Part shown: in pieces, positions 39,762 to 50,327 of the stretch | Layout of the letters: each line of letters starts with the position of its first letter | Numbering within the stretch: position 1 is the stretch's first letter | Assembly (NCBI GenBank): GCA_035533475.1 | Contig: DATLTS010000035.1 | Coordinates: 82,507-146,506, forward strand | Length of the DNA stretch: 64,000 nucleotides | Direction: 5' to 3' | From: Mycobacteriales bacterium | Lineage (GTDB): Bacteria; Actinomycetota; Actinomycetes; DATLTS01 | Program-made: the position numbers and the translations under genes | Notes under the pieces: model-generated | Database searches by the model: none | What the model was told of the DNA's origin: nothing | Seen by the model: the letters and a program-made list of their open reading frames with translations, nothing else

Positions 39762-41687
39762 CTAGCGCTGATCGGCCTCGCGGATGTCGACCGGCGCGGA
39801 CTCGACCGGGGCCGACCGGGCCACCATCTCGACGACGGCGCGGGCGATGTCCTGCGCGGTGAGCCCGGCGGCAGCGAGGACCTGGGCCCGGGTGCCGTGC
39901 GCGAAGAACCGTTGCGGGAGTCCGAACTGGCGGATCGGGACGTCCACCCCCGCATCCCCGAGTTCCTGCGCGATTGCGGCGCCGACCCCGCCGACCCGGC
40001 CGTTGTCCTCGACCGTGACCACCAGCCGATGCCCGCCGGCCAGCCGCTCCAGTGCCGCGTCGACGGGCTTCACCCAGCGCGGGTCGACGACGGTGGAGCT
40101 GATCCCCTGGGCACCGAGCCGCTCGGCGACCTCGAGCCCGACCCGGGCCATCGCGCCGATCGCGATGACCAGCACGTCGCCGTTTCCGGTCCCGGCCAGG
40201 ACGTCGACCGCGCCCACGCGGTCCACGGCCGGGATGTCGGCGCCGACCGGTCCCTTGGCGAACCGCACCACGGTGGGGCCGTCGGCGATCTCGACGGCCT
40301 CGCGGAGGGCCGCGCGCAGGGTCGCGGCGTCCCGCGGCGCCGCCACCCGCAATCCGGGCACGACCTGGAGGATCGACAGGTCCCACATCCCGTTGTGGCT
40401 CGGCCCGTCGTCCCCGGTGACCCCCGCCCGGTCGAGCACGAAGGTGACCGCCGACCGATGCAGGGCGACGTCCAGCAGGAGCTGGTCGAAGGCCCGGTTG
40501 AGGAAGGTGGCGTAGATGCAGACGACCGGATGCAGCCCCCCCTCGGCGAGCCCGGCCGCCGAGGTCACCGCGTGCTGCTCGGCGATCCCGACGTCGAACA
40601 CCCGGTCCGGAAACAGCTGTTGGAACTTCTCCAGCCCAACCGGCGCAAGCATCGCCGCGGTGAGCGCCACGACATCCGGCCGGTCCCGCCCGATGCCGAC
40701 CATCTCGTCCGAGAAGACCTGCGTTCCGGTGGGGCCGCCCCCCTTCGGATGGACCAACCCGGTCTGCGGGTCGAACGCGCCTCCCGGACTGTGCAGCCGG
40801 TCCGCGTCGTCCGCCTCGGCCGGCGCGTAGCCGAAACCCTTGCGAGTCACGCAGTGCACGATGACCGGGCCGCCGAAGTCCCGAGCCCGACGCAGCGCAC
40901 TCTCCACCGCCTCGATGTCGTGCCCGTCGATCGGGCCGACGTATTTCAACCCCAGGTCCTCGAACAGGCCCTGCGGGGCGAGGACGTCCTTGATGCCCTT
41001 CTTCAGTCCATGCAAGGCCTCGTAGAGCGGCGGGCCGACCACCCGGGTCCGGCTGAGCACCGACTTGACCAGGTCGAGCGCCTGCTCGTATCCCTGGGTC
41101 AGCCGCAGCGCCGCCAGGTGGTCGGCGACGCCTCCGACGGTCGGGGCGTAGGAGCGGCCGTTGTCGTTGACGACGATGATCACCGGGCGATGCGGGGCGG
41201 CGGCGATGTTGTTCATCGCCTCCCAGCACATCCCGCCGGTCAGCGCGCCGTCCCCGACCACGGCGACCACGGCACGATCCGGTTCGCCGCGCAGCGCGTA
41301 TGCCTTGGCCAGCCCGTCGGCGTAGGACAGCGCCGTCGAGGCGTGCGAGTTCTCGATGACGTCGTGCTCGGACTCGGCACGGCTCGGATAACCGGACATC
41401 CCGCCGGCCTGGCGCAACGCGACGAAGCCGGCCTGGCGCCCGGTCAGGATCTTGTGCACGTACGCCTGGTGTCCGGTGTCCCACAGGATCCGGTCCCGGG
41501 GCGAGTCGAACACCCGGTGCAGGGCGATGGTCAGCTCCACCGCCCCGAGGTTCGGCCCGAGATGTCCGCCGGTCCGGGACACCGACGTGATGAGGAAGTC
41601 GCGGATCTCGGTCGCCAGCCGCGGGAGGTCGGCGGCCCCCAGCCGCTTGAGGTCGGCCGGACCCTGGATCGACTCGAGCAGCGTCAC
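39762..41687 (-). CDS. dxs: 1-deoxy-D-xylulose-5-phosphate synthase
   Basis: TPP-binding 'GDGALTGGM', transketolase-like domains; 641 aa. Confidence 0.9.
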   Translation of the reverse strand: MTLLESIQGPADLKRLGAADLPRLATEIRDFLITSVSRTGGHLGPNLGAVELTIALHRVFDSPRDRILWDTGHQAYVHKILTGRQAGFVALRQAGGMSGYPSRAESEHDVIENSHASTALSYADGLAKAYALRGEPDRAVVAVVGDGALTGGMCWEAMNNIAAAPHRPVIIVVNDNGRSYAPTVGGVADHLAALRLTQGYEQALDLVKSVLSRTRVVGPPLYEALHGLKKGIKDVLAPQGLFEDLGLKYVGPIDGHDIEAVESALRRARDFGGPVIVHCVTRKGFGYAPAEADDADRLHSPGGAFDPQTGLVHPKGGGPTGTQVFSDEMVGIGRDRPDVVALTAAMLAPVGLEKFQQLFPDRVFDVGIAEQHAVTSAAGLAEGGLHPVVCIYATFLNRAFDQLLLDVALHRSAVTFVLDRAGVTGDDGPSHNGMWDLSILQVVPGLRVAAPRDAATLRAALREAVEIADGPTVVRFAKGPVGADIPAVDRVGAVDVLAGTGNGDVLVIAIGAMARVGLEVAERLGAQGISSTVVDPRWVKPVDAALERLAGGHRLVVTVEDNGRVGGVGAAIAQELGDAGVDVPIRQFGLPQRFFAHGTRAQVLAAAGLTAQDIARAVVEMVARSAPVESAPVDIREADQR

Positions 41688-41727
41688 CGGACGAGTCTAA
41701 GCTTCGCCCCGACCCGCCCGGCCCGCG

Positions 41728-42087
41728 TCACAGCCGGGGCACGTACCGCCGGCCGCGCAATGCCGACTCGATCAGGTCGACCGCATGCGCCGCCGTCGCC
41801 AGCCGGCCGACCTCCCGCTCGTACACCGACACCGCCGCGTCGACCACCTCCGGTGCGACCACCGGCGCCAGGGCGGCTCGCGCCCCGGCCAGCCCCCGCC
41901 GGGAAGCCTCGACCGCGGCGGCGAGATGGCCGGCGGCGAACCGGGCGAGCACGATCGGGTGCCGGCGAAGCACCTCGTATCCCCGGTAATCCGCCGGACA
42001 CTGGTCGAACAGCCAGCCGACCGCCGTACCTTCCCAGTCCGGACTGCCCGGCGTTCGGACGCCGGGCGGCCAGCCCGGCGGCAGTTG
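41728..42087 (-). CDS. Hypothetical protein (~120 aa)
   Basis: GTGA overlap with upstream methyltransferase stop. Moderate GC3. Confidence 0.4.
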   Translation of the reverse strand, partial: QLPPGWPPGVRTPGSPDWEGTAVGWLFDQCPADYRGYEVLRRHPIVLARFAAGHLAAAVEASRRGLAGARAALAPVVAPEVVDAAVSVYEREVGRLATAAHAVDLIESALRGRRYVPRL

Positions 42088-42089
42088 GG

Positions 42090-43352
42090 TCACCGGGGCT
42101 CCGGGACCAGCAGCCCGATGCACTCGACGTGTCCCGTCATCGGAAAGGCGTCGAACGCGCGCAACCCGGTCAGCCGGTAACCCTGCGCGGCAAACGACGC
42201 GACGTCGCGCGCCAAGGCGGAAGGGTCGCATGCCACGTAGGCGACGGCCCGCGGCCGCAGTCCGACTATCGCCGCGACGACCGCCGCGCCGGCGCCGGCT
42301 CGCGGCGGGTCGAGCACGACCACGTCGCTGCGTCCGAGGGAGCCGAGCCGCCGCGGGTCGACCCGCGCGTTGAGGACCTGGACCTGTGGCAGGTCGGCGA
42401 GGTTGACGGCCGCGTCGGCGGCCGCGTCACGGTCGGACTCGACGGCGGTGACCCGCCCCTCGGCCCCGACCCGTTCGGCGAGCGCTGCCGCGAAGAGGCC
42501 GACCCCGCTGTAGAGATCCACCGCCCGCTCCCCGGGTCGCGGCGCGAGGAACGCACAGACGGCGGCGCTGAACGTCTCCGCGGCCGCCGGGTGAACCTGC
42601 CAGAAGCCGCGGCCGCTGACTCGGAACTGCCGCCCGAAGGCACGCTCGCGGACCCCGGGTCGGCCATGGCGCGCGAGCGGCCCGTCGCGGCCGACGGTGA
42701 GCAGGGCATGCGCGGCGTCGAGCGGCGGAGTGAACGGCTCGACCCCGCCGGAGGCCGCGGTGACGACGACGGCACGGTCCCGCGTGGCCGCCGCGACGGC
42801 GACCTCGACGAGGGCGGCCCCGGGCCAGCGACGACGCTCCACCCCGAGGTCTTCGACGAGTGGATGGGCCAGCGGGCATGCGGTCAGGGGCTCGATCTCG
42901 TGCGAGCGGTGCCGGCGCAGACCGACCACCGCGTCCGCTCCGACGGCGAACTGCACCCTGGTGCGCCAGCCGAGACCGTCTGGGCAGCCGGCCAGGGCCT
43001 CGACCTCGACCTCGACGTCCAGGCCGGCGAGCCGACGCAGTTGCTCACGGATGACGGCCGCTTTCCCGGCGCGTTGTGCCGGCAGCGCAGCGTGCTGCCA
43101 GTCGCAGCCCCCGCACCGCCCTGGTCCGGCGTGCTGGCACGGCGGTGAAACCCGGTCCGGCGAGGCCCGGAGCACCTCGACGGCGTCGGCCCTCGCGTAC
43201 CGCGCCCGTTGCTCGGTGATCCGGGCGCGGACCAGCTCACCGGGTAGCGCGTGGCGGACGAAGACCACCCGGTCACCGTCTCGCGCCACACACATCCCCC
43301 CGGATGCGACCGGCCCCACCTCGAGATCGAGTTCGGGCTGCCCGCCGGTCAC
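42090..43352 (-). CDS. TRAM + class I SAM-dependent RNA (uracil-5-)-methyltransferase (RumA/TrmA-like)
   Basis: N-terminal TRAM, 4-Cys cluster (CQHAGPGRCGGCDWQ). 'VVLDPPRAG' motif IV. Confidence 0.8.
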   Translation of the reverse strand: MTGGQPELDLEVGPVASGGMCVARDGDRVVFVRHALPGELVRARITEQRARYARADAVEVLRASPDRVSPPCQHAGPGRCGGCDWQHAALPAQRAGKAAVIREQLRRLAGLDVEVEVEALAGCPDGLGWRTRVQFAVGADAVVGLRRHRSHEIEPLTACPLAHPLVEDLGVERRRWPGAALVEVAVAAATRDRAVVVTAASGGVEPFTPPLDAAHALLTVGRDGPLARHGRPGVRERAFGRQFRVSGRGFWQVHPAAAETFSAAVCAFLAPRPGERAVDLYSGVGLFAAALAERVGAEGRVTAVESDRDAAADAAVNLADLPQVQVLNARVDPRRLGSLGRSDVVVLDPPRAGAGAAVVAAIVGLRPRAVAYVACDPSALARDVASFAAQGYRLTGLRAFDAFPMTGHVECIGLLVPEPR

Positions 43353-45724
43353 GCGTCGGGCAGCAGGATGAGCCTCGGGTTGCGCATCGCAAGCCGACCC
43401 TCGTAGGTGGCGACCATGCCTTCCACCCTGACCCGCCGCCCCGGCGCCACGCCACGGATCTCGCGCCGGCCGAGGAAGACGAGCGACACCCCTCCGGTGT
43501 CGTCCGCGACGACCGCCTCGAGCACCGGGGCCTCGTCTTTCGGTCGCACCTCGACCGACCGGATGCGCCCCTCGATGCGGGCCCGTTCCCGATAGCGAAG
43601 CTGGTTGATGGCGACCACCCCGTCCGGCCGGGCCGGCGTCCTGGCCGCCTCACCCGATTCCACCCGGGCGGCCCGGCGCCGCCCGGAGTCCTCGGCGGCC
43701 GCGAACTCCTGCTCCATGGTCAGCCGCTTATGCGACGCGGTGTGCACCGGAGGCAGCCGCGGGTCGAACGGCACGATGGTGGCCGCCGCGTGGGGGACCC
43801 GGCTCACCGTGGCCGCGATCCGGTCGGCCGTGCGGTCGTGCAGGAGCCGGCCGATCAGTGGCGAGTACGACCGCCGGGGCAGCAGCACGGTCGCCTCGGT
43901 CACGCCGTCGTCGACCTCCCCCACTACCAGTTCGAGGGCGGTCCGGCGGATCCGGCGGTCGGGGCAGTCGTGCAGCTCGAGATTTATCCCACCGTGCTCG
44001 AGCCGGCCCCACCGGTCGGCGAGGGTCTCGGCCCGAGCCGAGTCGAGGACGATGTGCACCGCTCGAATCTCGCTCGGCCGCAAGCCGCGGGCATAGCGGA
44101 CCGCCCGCAGGGTCGCAAGATCGAGGCTGTCGACGAAGACGAGCACCACATGGCGGCGGAAGTTCGGTTCGACATCGAGTCGCGGGGCGAACGTCCGATA
44201 TGCCTCGGCCTCGTCGCGGTACTGGCGGTTCAGCCGGATCAACACGTAGACCATGATCGGGAAGATCACCACCACGAGCCACGCGCCCTGGGTGAACTTC
44301 GTCACCGCGAAGATGAGCACGATGAACCCGGACAGCGCCGCGGACGTCAGGTTGATCGAGAGCTTGCGCCGCCAGCCGGCCTCCCTCGTGCGCAGGTGGT
44401 AGCGGGACAACCCGGCCCCGGCCATCGCGAACCCGGTGAATACCCCGATCGCGTAGAAGGCGATCAGGGAGTCCACCTTGGCTCGGGTCGCGATGAGCAG
44501 CGCGACCGACACGACGGCGAGCACCACGATCCCGTTGGAGAAGGCCAGCCGGTGCCCCCGATGGGTGAGCTGGCGAGGCAGGAACGCGTCTTCGGCGACG
44601 AAACTGGCGAGGAACGGGAAGCCGTTGAAGCTGGTGTTCGCTCCGGTGTAGAGGATGAGCATCGTGGAGAGCTGGACGAGGAAGAACAGGGTCTTGCCAG
44701 CCAGGCTCGTTCCGAGCACGTCGTGCGCCACCTGCGAGATGACCGTCGGAGTCCCGCTCCGGTAGGGCACCGCGTGGGTGTAGTGGGTGAGAACCGAGAC
44801 CCCGGTGACGAGCGAGCCGAGGATCGCGCACATGACCACCAACGTCCGCCGGGCATTCCTCCCCTCGGGCGGGCGGAACGCGCTCACGCCGTTGGAGACC
44901 GCCTCGAGCCCGGTGAGCGAGGACCCACCGTTCGCGAAGCTCCGCAGCAGGTAGAAGATGCCGAGTCCGGTGAGGATGCCGTGGCTCTTGTTGATGACAC
45001 CGATCGGACCGTGCAGCGGGATCGGGTGCGGGTGCAGGTGACCGGTGGCGAGCTCGACGAGTCCGATGACCACCACGAGGCCGAGGGAGACCGAGAAGAA
45101 GAAGGTGGGAAAGGCGAAGGCCCGCCCGGCTTCGCGGATTCCGCGCAGGTTGCCGTAGGCCAGCAGGGCGACGACCCCAACCGTTATCCACGTCTCGGAC
45201 GGGGCGAGCCGGGACAGCGCCGGGTAGGAAACGACCGCGGCCGTCCCGGCCGCCGTCTGGACCGCAACCGTCACGGTGTAGTCGATGAGCAGCGCCACGG
45301 CCGCGACCTGGGCGACCCCGGGCCCGAAGTTCTCCCGGGCGACAACGTAGGAGCCGCCGGCGCGGGTGTAGATCATGACTACTTCGCGGTAGGACAGCAT
45401 CGTCACCACGAGGACGAAGATGACCGCGAGCGTCATCGGCAACAGCAGCGTGAATGCGGCCGCCCCGAACCAGGGCAGCAGGATGAGCAACATCTCCTCG
45501 GTCCCGTACGCCGAGGAAGAGATCATGTCCGGGGCGAGCACACCGAGCGCGACCGGATTTGCCAGCCGCTCTTCACGCAGCTGGGCAGTGGTCAGCGGCG
45601 CCCCGAGCAACCTGCGTTTGATCTGGTAGCCCAGGGTCTCCGGAAGCTCGGTCGTGAGCAACGGGATCGGCGCGGGTGAGGGTGGGGCAGGGTCGTCATC
45701 GTCGGGGGGCACGGACCAAATCAT
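43349..45724 (-). CDS. APC-superfamily permease fused to a C-terminal OB-fold (tRNA-anticodon-like) domain
   Basis: 12 TM APC core, long cytoplasmic linker, C-terminal OB-fold-like segment. ATG 45724. GTGA overlap with downstream MTase. Confidence 0.7.
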   Translation of the reverse strand: MIWSVPPDDDDPAPPSPAPIPLLTTELPETLGYQIKRRLLGAPLTTAQLREERLANPVALGVLAPDMISSSAYGTEEMLLILLPWFGAAAFTLLLPMTLAVIFVLVVTMLSYREVVMIYTRAGGSYVVARENFGPGVAQVAAVALLIDYTVTVAVQTAAGTAAVVSYPALSRLAPSETWITVGVVALLAYGNLRGIREAGRAFAFPTFFFSVSLGLVVVIGLVELATGHLHPHPIPLHGPIGVINKSHGILTGLGIFYLLRSFANGGSSLTGLEAVSNGVSAFRPPEGRNARRTLVVMCAILGSLVTGVSVLTHYTHAVPYRSGTPTVISQVAHDVLGTSLAGKTLFFLVQLSTMLILYTGANTSFNGFPFLASFVAEDAFLPRQLTHRGHRLAFSNGIVVLAVVSVALLIATRAKVDSLIAFYAIGVFTGFAMAGAGLSRYHLRTREAGWRRKLSINLTSAALSGFIVLIFAVTKFTQGAWLVVVIFPIMVYVLIRLNRQYRDEAEAYRTFAPRLDVEPNFRRHVVLVFVDSLDLATLRAVRYARGLRPSEIRAVHIVLDSARAETLADRWGRLEHGGINLELHDCPDRRIRRTALELVVGEVDDGVTEATVLLPRRSYSPLIGRLLHDRTADRIAATVSRVPHAAATIVPFDPRLPPVHTASHKRLTMEQEFAAAEDSGRRRAARVESGEAARTPARPDGVVAINQLRYRERARIEGRIRSVEVRPKDEAPVLEAVVADDTGGVSLVFLGRREIRGVAPGRRVRVEGMVATYEGRLAMRNPRLILLPDA

Positions 45725-45882
45725 GCCGTCCCCGGTGTCGGCGTCGGCGTCAACCCGCTGACCAGCGACGCCCGGACGTATGCTCGACGCGCACTGCGGA
45801 CCGGGGAACACCTCACGCACCCGCGGCTGGTTCCGGTCGCCGGCCTCGGGGCCGAGCGCACGGAGGCCGGAGATCCACGTCG

Positions 45883-46535
45883 TGATCATGGGCTGTGGTC
45901 GGGTGGGCTCCAGCCTGGCGCACAGCCTCGAGAAGCTCGAACACTCGGTGGCCATCATCGACCAGAACGCGGAGGCGTTCCGGCGGCTCGGCCCGGACTT
46001 CGGCGGCAAGACCATCACCGGGGTCGGGTTCGACCGTGACAAGCTCATCGAGGCCGGGATCGAGACCGCAGGTGCCTTCATCGCGGTGAGCAGCGGGGAC
46101 AACTCGAACATCATCTCGGCGCGGGTCGCCCGGGAGAACTTCGGCGTAACGCGGGTGGTCGCTCGCATCTACGATCCGCGGCGGGCCGAGATCTACCAGC
46201 GGCTCGGGATCCCCACGGTGGCAACCGTGCGCTGGACCGCCGACCAGATCCTGCGCACCCTGTTGCCGGAGGACGTCCACAGCGACTGGGTCGACCCGTC
46301 CGGGCACGTGATGCTGGCCGCCCTGCCCTTCAATGAGACCTGGATCGGGCGCCCGATCTCCGAGCTGGAACGCGAGACCGGCGAACGGGTGGCGTTCGTG
46401 ACCAGGCTCGGGGACGCGCTGATCCCAGACCGGCAGACGATCATCCAGGAAGGCGACCGGGTCCACGTCTTGACCACCAAGGAACGGCTGGTCGCCGCCG
46501 GAACGCGCTGCAGCAAGCGGATCGAGCAGAACTGA
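45883..46535 (+). CDS. ceoB: TrkA-family potassium-uptake regulatory protein (CeoB-like)
   Basis: 'VIMGCGRVGSSLA' Rossmann + TrkA_C. Confidence 0.8.
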
Positions 46536-47218
46536 TGCGGGTAGCCATCGCGGGCGCCGGGAAGGTCGGCCGTTCGATCGCGGGCGAGCTTCTGGCGAAC
46601 GGCCACGAGGTCCTGCTCATCGACAAGGATCCGAGCGTCGTCAAGGAGTCGCTCGCGGGAGCCCGCTGGTACCTTGCGGACGCCTGCGAGATCGCCTCGC
46701 TCGACGAGGCGGACCTCGACCGTTGCCAGGTGGCCATCGCCTCCACCGGCGACGACAAGGTCAACCTGGTCGTGTCCCTGCTCGCGAAAACCGAGTACGG
46801 CGTCCCGCGAGTCGTTGCCCGGGTCAACCATCCCAAGAACGAGTGGCTGTTCAACGAATCCTGGGGGGTCGACGTCGCCGTCAGCTCGCCCCGGCTGCTC
46901 TCGGCCCTCGTCGAGGAAGCGGTCACGGTCGGCGACCTGGTCCGGCTCATCTCCTTCCGGGAAGGTAAGGCGAGCCTCGTCGAGCTCACCCTCGCCGGCG
47001 AGGCGGACCTGGTCGGCGCGCGAGCCGGATCGGTGGACTGGCCGAGGGACACCGCATTGGTGGCGATCCTGCGCGAAGGCCAGGTGATCGTGCCGTCCCC
47101 CGACGATCCGCTGGAGGCCGGCGACGAGCTGATGTTCGTCGCGACCCCGGAGGCGGAAGACCAGCTCGAGCGCCTGCTCTCGACCGGATCCGAGGGCGAC
47201 CTCAGCGGGTCTCGGTGA
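46535..47218 (+). CDS. ceoC: TrkA-family potassium-uptake regulatory protein (CeoC-like)
   Basis: 'VAIAGAGKVGRSIA' Rossmann + TrkA_C. TGATG overlap. Confidence 0.85.
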   Translation: MRVAIAGAGKVGRSIAGELLANGHEVLLIDKDPSVVKESLAGARWYLADACEIASLDEADLDRCQVAIASTGDDKVNLVVSLLAKTEYGVPRVVARVNHPKNEWLFNESWGVDVAVSSPRLLSALVEEAVTVGDLVRLISFREGKASLVELTLAGEADLVGARAGSVDWPRDTALVAILREGQVIVPSPDDPLEAGDELMFVATPEAEDQLERLLSTGSEGDLSGSR

Positions 47219-47966
47219 TCTCCGGGCCGCGCCGAAACGGATCTATGCCGGGGCGCGCCGCCTCGGGTGCCTCGGCCAGGCCGAGGGCCGCCTTCGCGTC
47301 CCGGGGCAGGACCAGCGGGATCGGGTCGCGGGGGGCCATCGCCTCCCCACCCCGGTCGACGACGATGCCGCGGAAGGCGTCCTCCAGCCGACGGGCCTGA
47401 CCGGGGTCCGTCGCCGCGACGCCGGTGAGCAGCCCGCGCAGGAACCAGCGGGGACCGTCGACACCGAGGAAGCGCACCGCCTGGCCCCCGGAGCCGGGGG
47501 CGGGCGCGCGGCCGCGCAACTCCACGCCGAACGGCCCGGTCACCTCTTCCGCCGCACCACCTGAACCGCGGAGCGACTCGGCGATCTCGGCGCGGACGTC
47601 GGCCCAGATCCCGGCCGACTTCGGCGCGGCGAAAACGCTGACCTGAAGCATGCTGCGACCGTCGACGAAGGTAACGGCCAGGACCTGCTGACTCGCCGGG
47701 TCCAACTCCATCCGGACCTCGATCCCATCCGGGGTCGGGATCCTGATCGGTCCGAAGTCGAACCGGGCGAGCGCCGCGTCGAATTCGTCGTTGATGTCCC
47801 AGGGACCGGCGGGTCGACCGGGTACCGGGTCGAGGTCCGCACCTTCCCCGGCCGCGCCCGGCCCGACCGCCCCATCGTCAGCCGCCCCATCGTCAGCGGC
47901 GGCGTCGTCAGCGGCGGCATCGTCGAGGCCGTCGTCGTCAACCACCTCGCGTCGGCGACGGAACAC
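47202..47966 (-). CDS. DUF3710-family protein (acidic Ala/Asp-rich N-terminus)
   Basis: Family-typical 'GPWDI..EFD' region. Confidence 0.65.
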   Translation of the reverse strand: MFRRRREVVDDDGLDDAAADDAAADDGAADDGAVGPGAAGEGADLDPVPGRPAGPWDINDEFDAALARFDFGPIRIPTPDGIEVRMELDPASQQVLAVTFVDGRSMLQVSVFAAPKSAGIWADVRAEIAESLRGSGGAAEEVTGPFGVELRGRAPAPGSGGQAVRFLGVDGPRWFLRGLLTGVAATDPGQARRLEDAFRGIVVDRGGEAMAPRDPIPLVLPRDAKAALGLAEAPEAARPGIDPFRRGPEITETR

Positions 47967-47968
47967 GA

Positions 47969-48433
47969 CTACCTCCCGTTCCCGGCGGCGCTGCCGCCGG
48001 TCGACCCGAAGCCCCCGTCGCCACGTGCGGATCCGGGCAGCTGTTCCACGTCGGCGAACGTGACCCGTTCCACCCGCTGCACAACGAGCTGCGCGATCCG
48101 GTCGCCGCGGGCAAAGCGCACCGGAGCCACCGGGTCAAGGTTCACGACGATCACCTTGATCTCCCCACGGTATCCGGCGTCCACCGTGCCGGGTGAGTTG
48201 ACCAGCGCCACCCCGGCGCGCGCAGCCAGGCCGGAGCGGGGGTGGACGAACGCCGCGTAACCCTCCGGGAGCGCGATCGCCACGCCGGTCGGCAGGACCG
48301 CACGCTCCCCGGGGGCCAGCTCGACGTCGACGGTGGTCACGAGATCCGCGCCCGCGTCCCCGGGATGGGCGTATGTCGGCAGCGGCACCCCGGCGTCCAA
48401 CCGGCGGATCGGCACGGTGATCTTCGGGGTCAT
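47969..48433 (-). CDS. dut: dUTP diphosphatase
   Basis: 'AGADL', 'PRSGLA', 'GxIDxGYRGE' dUTPase motifs. Confidence 0.85.
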   Translation of the reverse strand: MTPKITVPIRRLDAGVPLPTYAHPGDAGADLVTTVDVELAPGERAVLPTGVAIALPEGYAAFVHPRSGLAARAGVALVNSPGTVDAGYRGEIKVIVVNLDPVAPVRFARGDRIAQLVVQRVERVTFADVEQLPGSARGDGGFGSTGGSAAGNGR

Positions 48434-48528
48434 GGCTGGTCGGTAGAACCCAGGGCCCGCACGAAGCGTGAGCCTACCGAGCGTCATCGGTTGCCGGCCC
48501 GCCCCAGCCCTGTGGCACCCTCAAAACC

Positions 48529-49014
48529 GTGTCGGACTACCGGGAACGGCTGGCCACCCCATGGTGGTGGTGGCTCGCGGTCGTGGGCGTCGTCGCCGTC
48601 CTGGGGGCCGAGCTGTACACCGGGGTCGACCTGGTCTGGGACCTGTCGGGGTTCGCCGCCGTGGGAGTGGCCGCGGTGGCCCTGCTGGCCGGGCTGGGGC
48701 GCACTCGGATCGAGGTGTCCGGGGTCACGCTGACCGCGGGTCGGGCCCGGATCCCGGTCCGGATGCTCGGCGCGCCACTCGTCCTCGACCCCGACCTCCT
48801 CCGCCACCAGATCGGCCCCGAAGCCGACCCGACCGCCTACCTGATGGTGCGCTGGTGGGTGCGCCAGGCGGTCCGGCTCGACGTGCTCGACCCGGACGAC
48901 GACACCCCGTACTGGATCGTGTCGACAAGGCATCCGATGGAGCTCGCCGCCGCGGTCGAAGCCGCGAAGGCGCGGGAAGCGGCTGGCCGGCCGCAAGATG
49001 CCCCCGCCGCCTAG
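48529..49014 (+). CDS. DUF3093-family membrane protein
   Basis: Two TM, WWWW motif. Confidence 0.65.
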   Translation: MSDYRERLATPWWWWLAVVGVVAVLGAELYTGVDLVWDLSGFAAVGVAAVALLAGLGRTRIEVSGVTLTAGRARIPVRMLGAPLVLDPDLLRHQIGPEADPTAYLMVRWWVRQAVRLDVLDPDDDTPYWIVSTRHPMELAAAVEAAKAREAAGRPQDAPAA

Positions 49015-50210
49015 CCGATCGCCTGACCCAGCGCGGTCGCCAGATCCCCGCATGGTTCGACGTCCACGGACCCGCATCCCAACCAACCCGCGACGCCGCG
49101 CAACTCCGCCGCCAACGCGGTCGCGGTCGGCTCCGCCGCGGCGGACGGTTCCAGCCACGCCGCCCGCACGCGCAGCACCCCGGCCGCCCGGTCGGTCTTG
49201 AGGTCGACCCGCGCGGCTAGCTGCTCGCCGAGCAGGAAGGGCAGTACGTAATAGCCGTGCACCCGCCGGGGCGCCGGGACATAGATCTCAACCCGGTAGT
49301 CGAAACCGAAGATCCGCCGCACCCGGGACCGCTCCCAAACCAGCGGGTCGAAGGGGCAGAGCAGCGCCGATGCCCGGACCGGCCCGGGCACGACCGTGTC
49401 CGGGAGGAGGTAACCAGGCGACCGCCAGCCCGCCACGGCGACCTCGACGAGCCGACCGGAGGTCACAAGCTCCCCTACCCGGGCGTGCGCCTCGGGCGCT
49501 TTGATCCGGTAGTAGTCGCCGAGATCGCCGGCGGTCGCGACCCCGAGTGCGCGAGCGGCCCGCAGCACCAGGGCGCGCTGCGCGGCGGCCTCGCTGGGCG
49601 TCGGAGCCTCCAGCACCGCCCTCGGCAGGACGCGCTCCGGCAGGTCGTAGAGGCGGGTGAAATTGCGCCGGCCGGAGCAGGTCACCGCACCGGTCCAGAA
49701 CAGCCACTCGAGAGCCACCTTTCCCGCCCGCCAGTTCCAGCCCCATTGCCCGGACGGCCGGTCGCCGGCGCTCACCAGGTCCGCGACGGTGAGCGGGCCA
49801 CTGGCTGCCACCTCCGCGAGAACCGACGAGATGTATTCCGGCTGCTCCCGGGCGAGCCGGGCAACCCCGCTCCAGGTGCCGAGTCCCTGCGCCGCCCGCG
49901 CCATCCGCCATCGGAACAGCGGGTGCAGCTCCACGGGAAGCAGCGACGCCTCGTGGCCCCAGTACTCGAATAGTTCGTGATCGCGGTAGGCGAGGGCATC
50001 CAGCCGTTCCCGCGGGTAGCCGCCGAGCCGGGACCAGGGCGGCAGGTAGTGCGCGCGGGCGAACACGTTCACCGAGTCGATCTGGAGCACCCCGAGCTCG
50101 CCGGCGACCCGGCGCAACGCGCCTAGCCCGGCCGGCCCTTTCGGCCGTGGTCGACGCAGCCCGGATGCGGTGAGGGCAAGCCGTCGCACATCACGACTCT
50201 TCAGCTCCAA
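49011..50210 (-). CDS. Winged-helix DNA-binding protein, YcaQ/DUF1006 family (putative DNA crosslink-repair glycosylase)
   Basis: Family-like 'HYLPPWSRLGGY', 'EYWGHEAS' blocks. Confidence 0.65.
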   Translation of the reverse strand: MELKSRDVRRLALTASGLRRPRPKGPAGLGALRRVAGELGVLQIDSVNVFARAHYLPPWSRLGGYPRERLDALAYRDHELFEYWGHEASLLPVELHPLFRWRMARAAQGLGTWSGVARLAREQPEYISSVLAEVAASGPLTVADLVSAGDRPSGQWGWNWRAGKVALEWLFWTGAVTCSGRRNFTRLYDLPERVLPRAVLEAPTPSEAAAQRALVLRAARALGVATAGDLGDYYRIKAPEAHARVGELVTSGRLVEVAVAGWRSPGYLLPDTVVPGPVRASALLCPFDPLVWERSRVRRIFGFDYRVEIYVPAPRRVHGYYVLPFLLGEQLAARVDLKTDRAAGVLRVRAAWLEPSAAAEPTATALAAELRGVAGWLGCGSVDVEPCGDLATALGQAIG

Positions 50211-50327
50211 CGACGCGCCCGCCTACCGATCCGCCTCAGCGCACGAGATCACGCCGGCCACGCGCAATCCTGCACCGGGCGACGGGGCACAATGCCGGTC
50301 GACACGCCACCGCACACTCGAGGGCCG

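Noticed and set aside
43349-46168. 939-aa extent of the APC permease ORF
   Set aside because: The region upstream of ATG 45724 is antisense to the ceoB promoter/5' end and lacks coding character.
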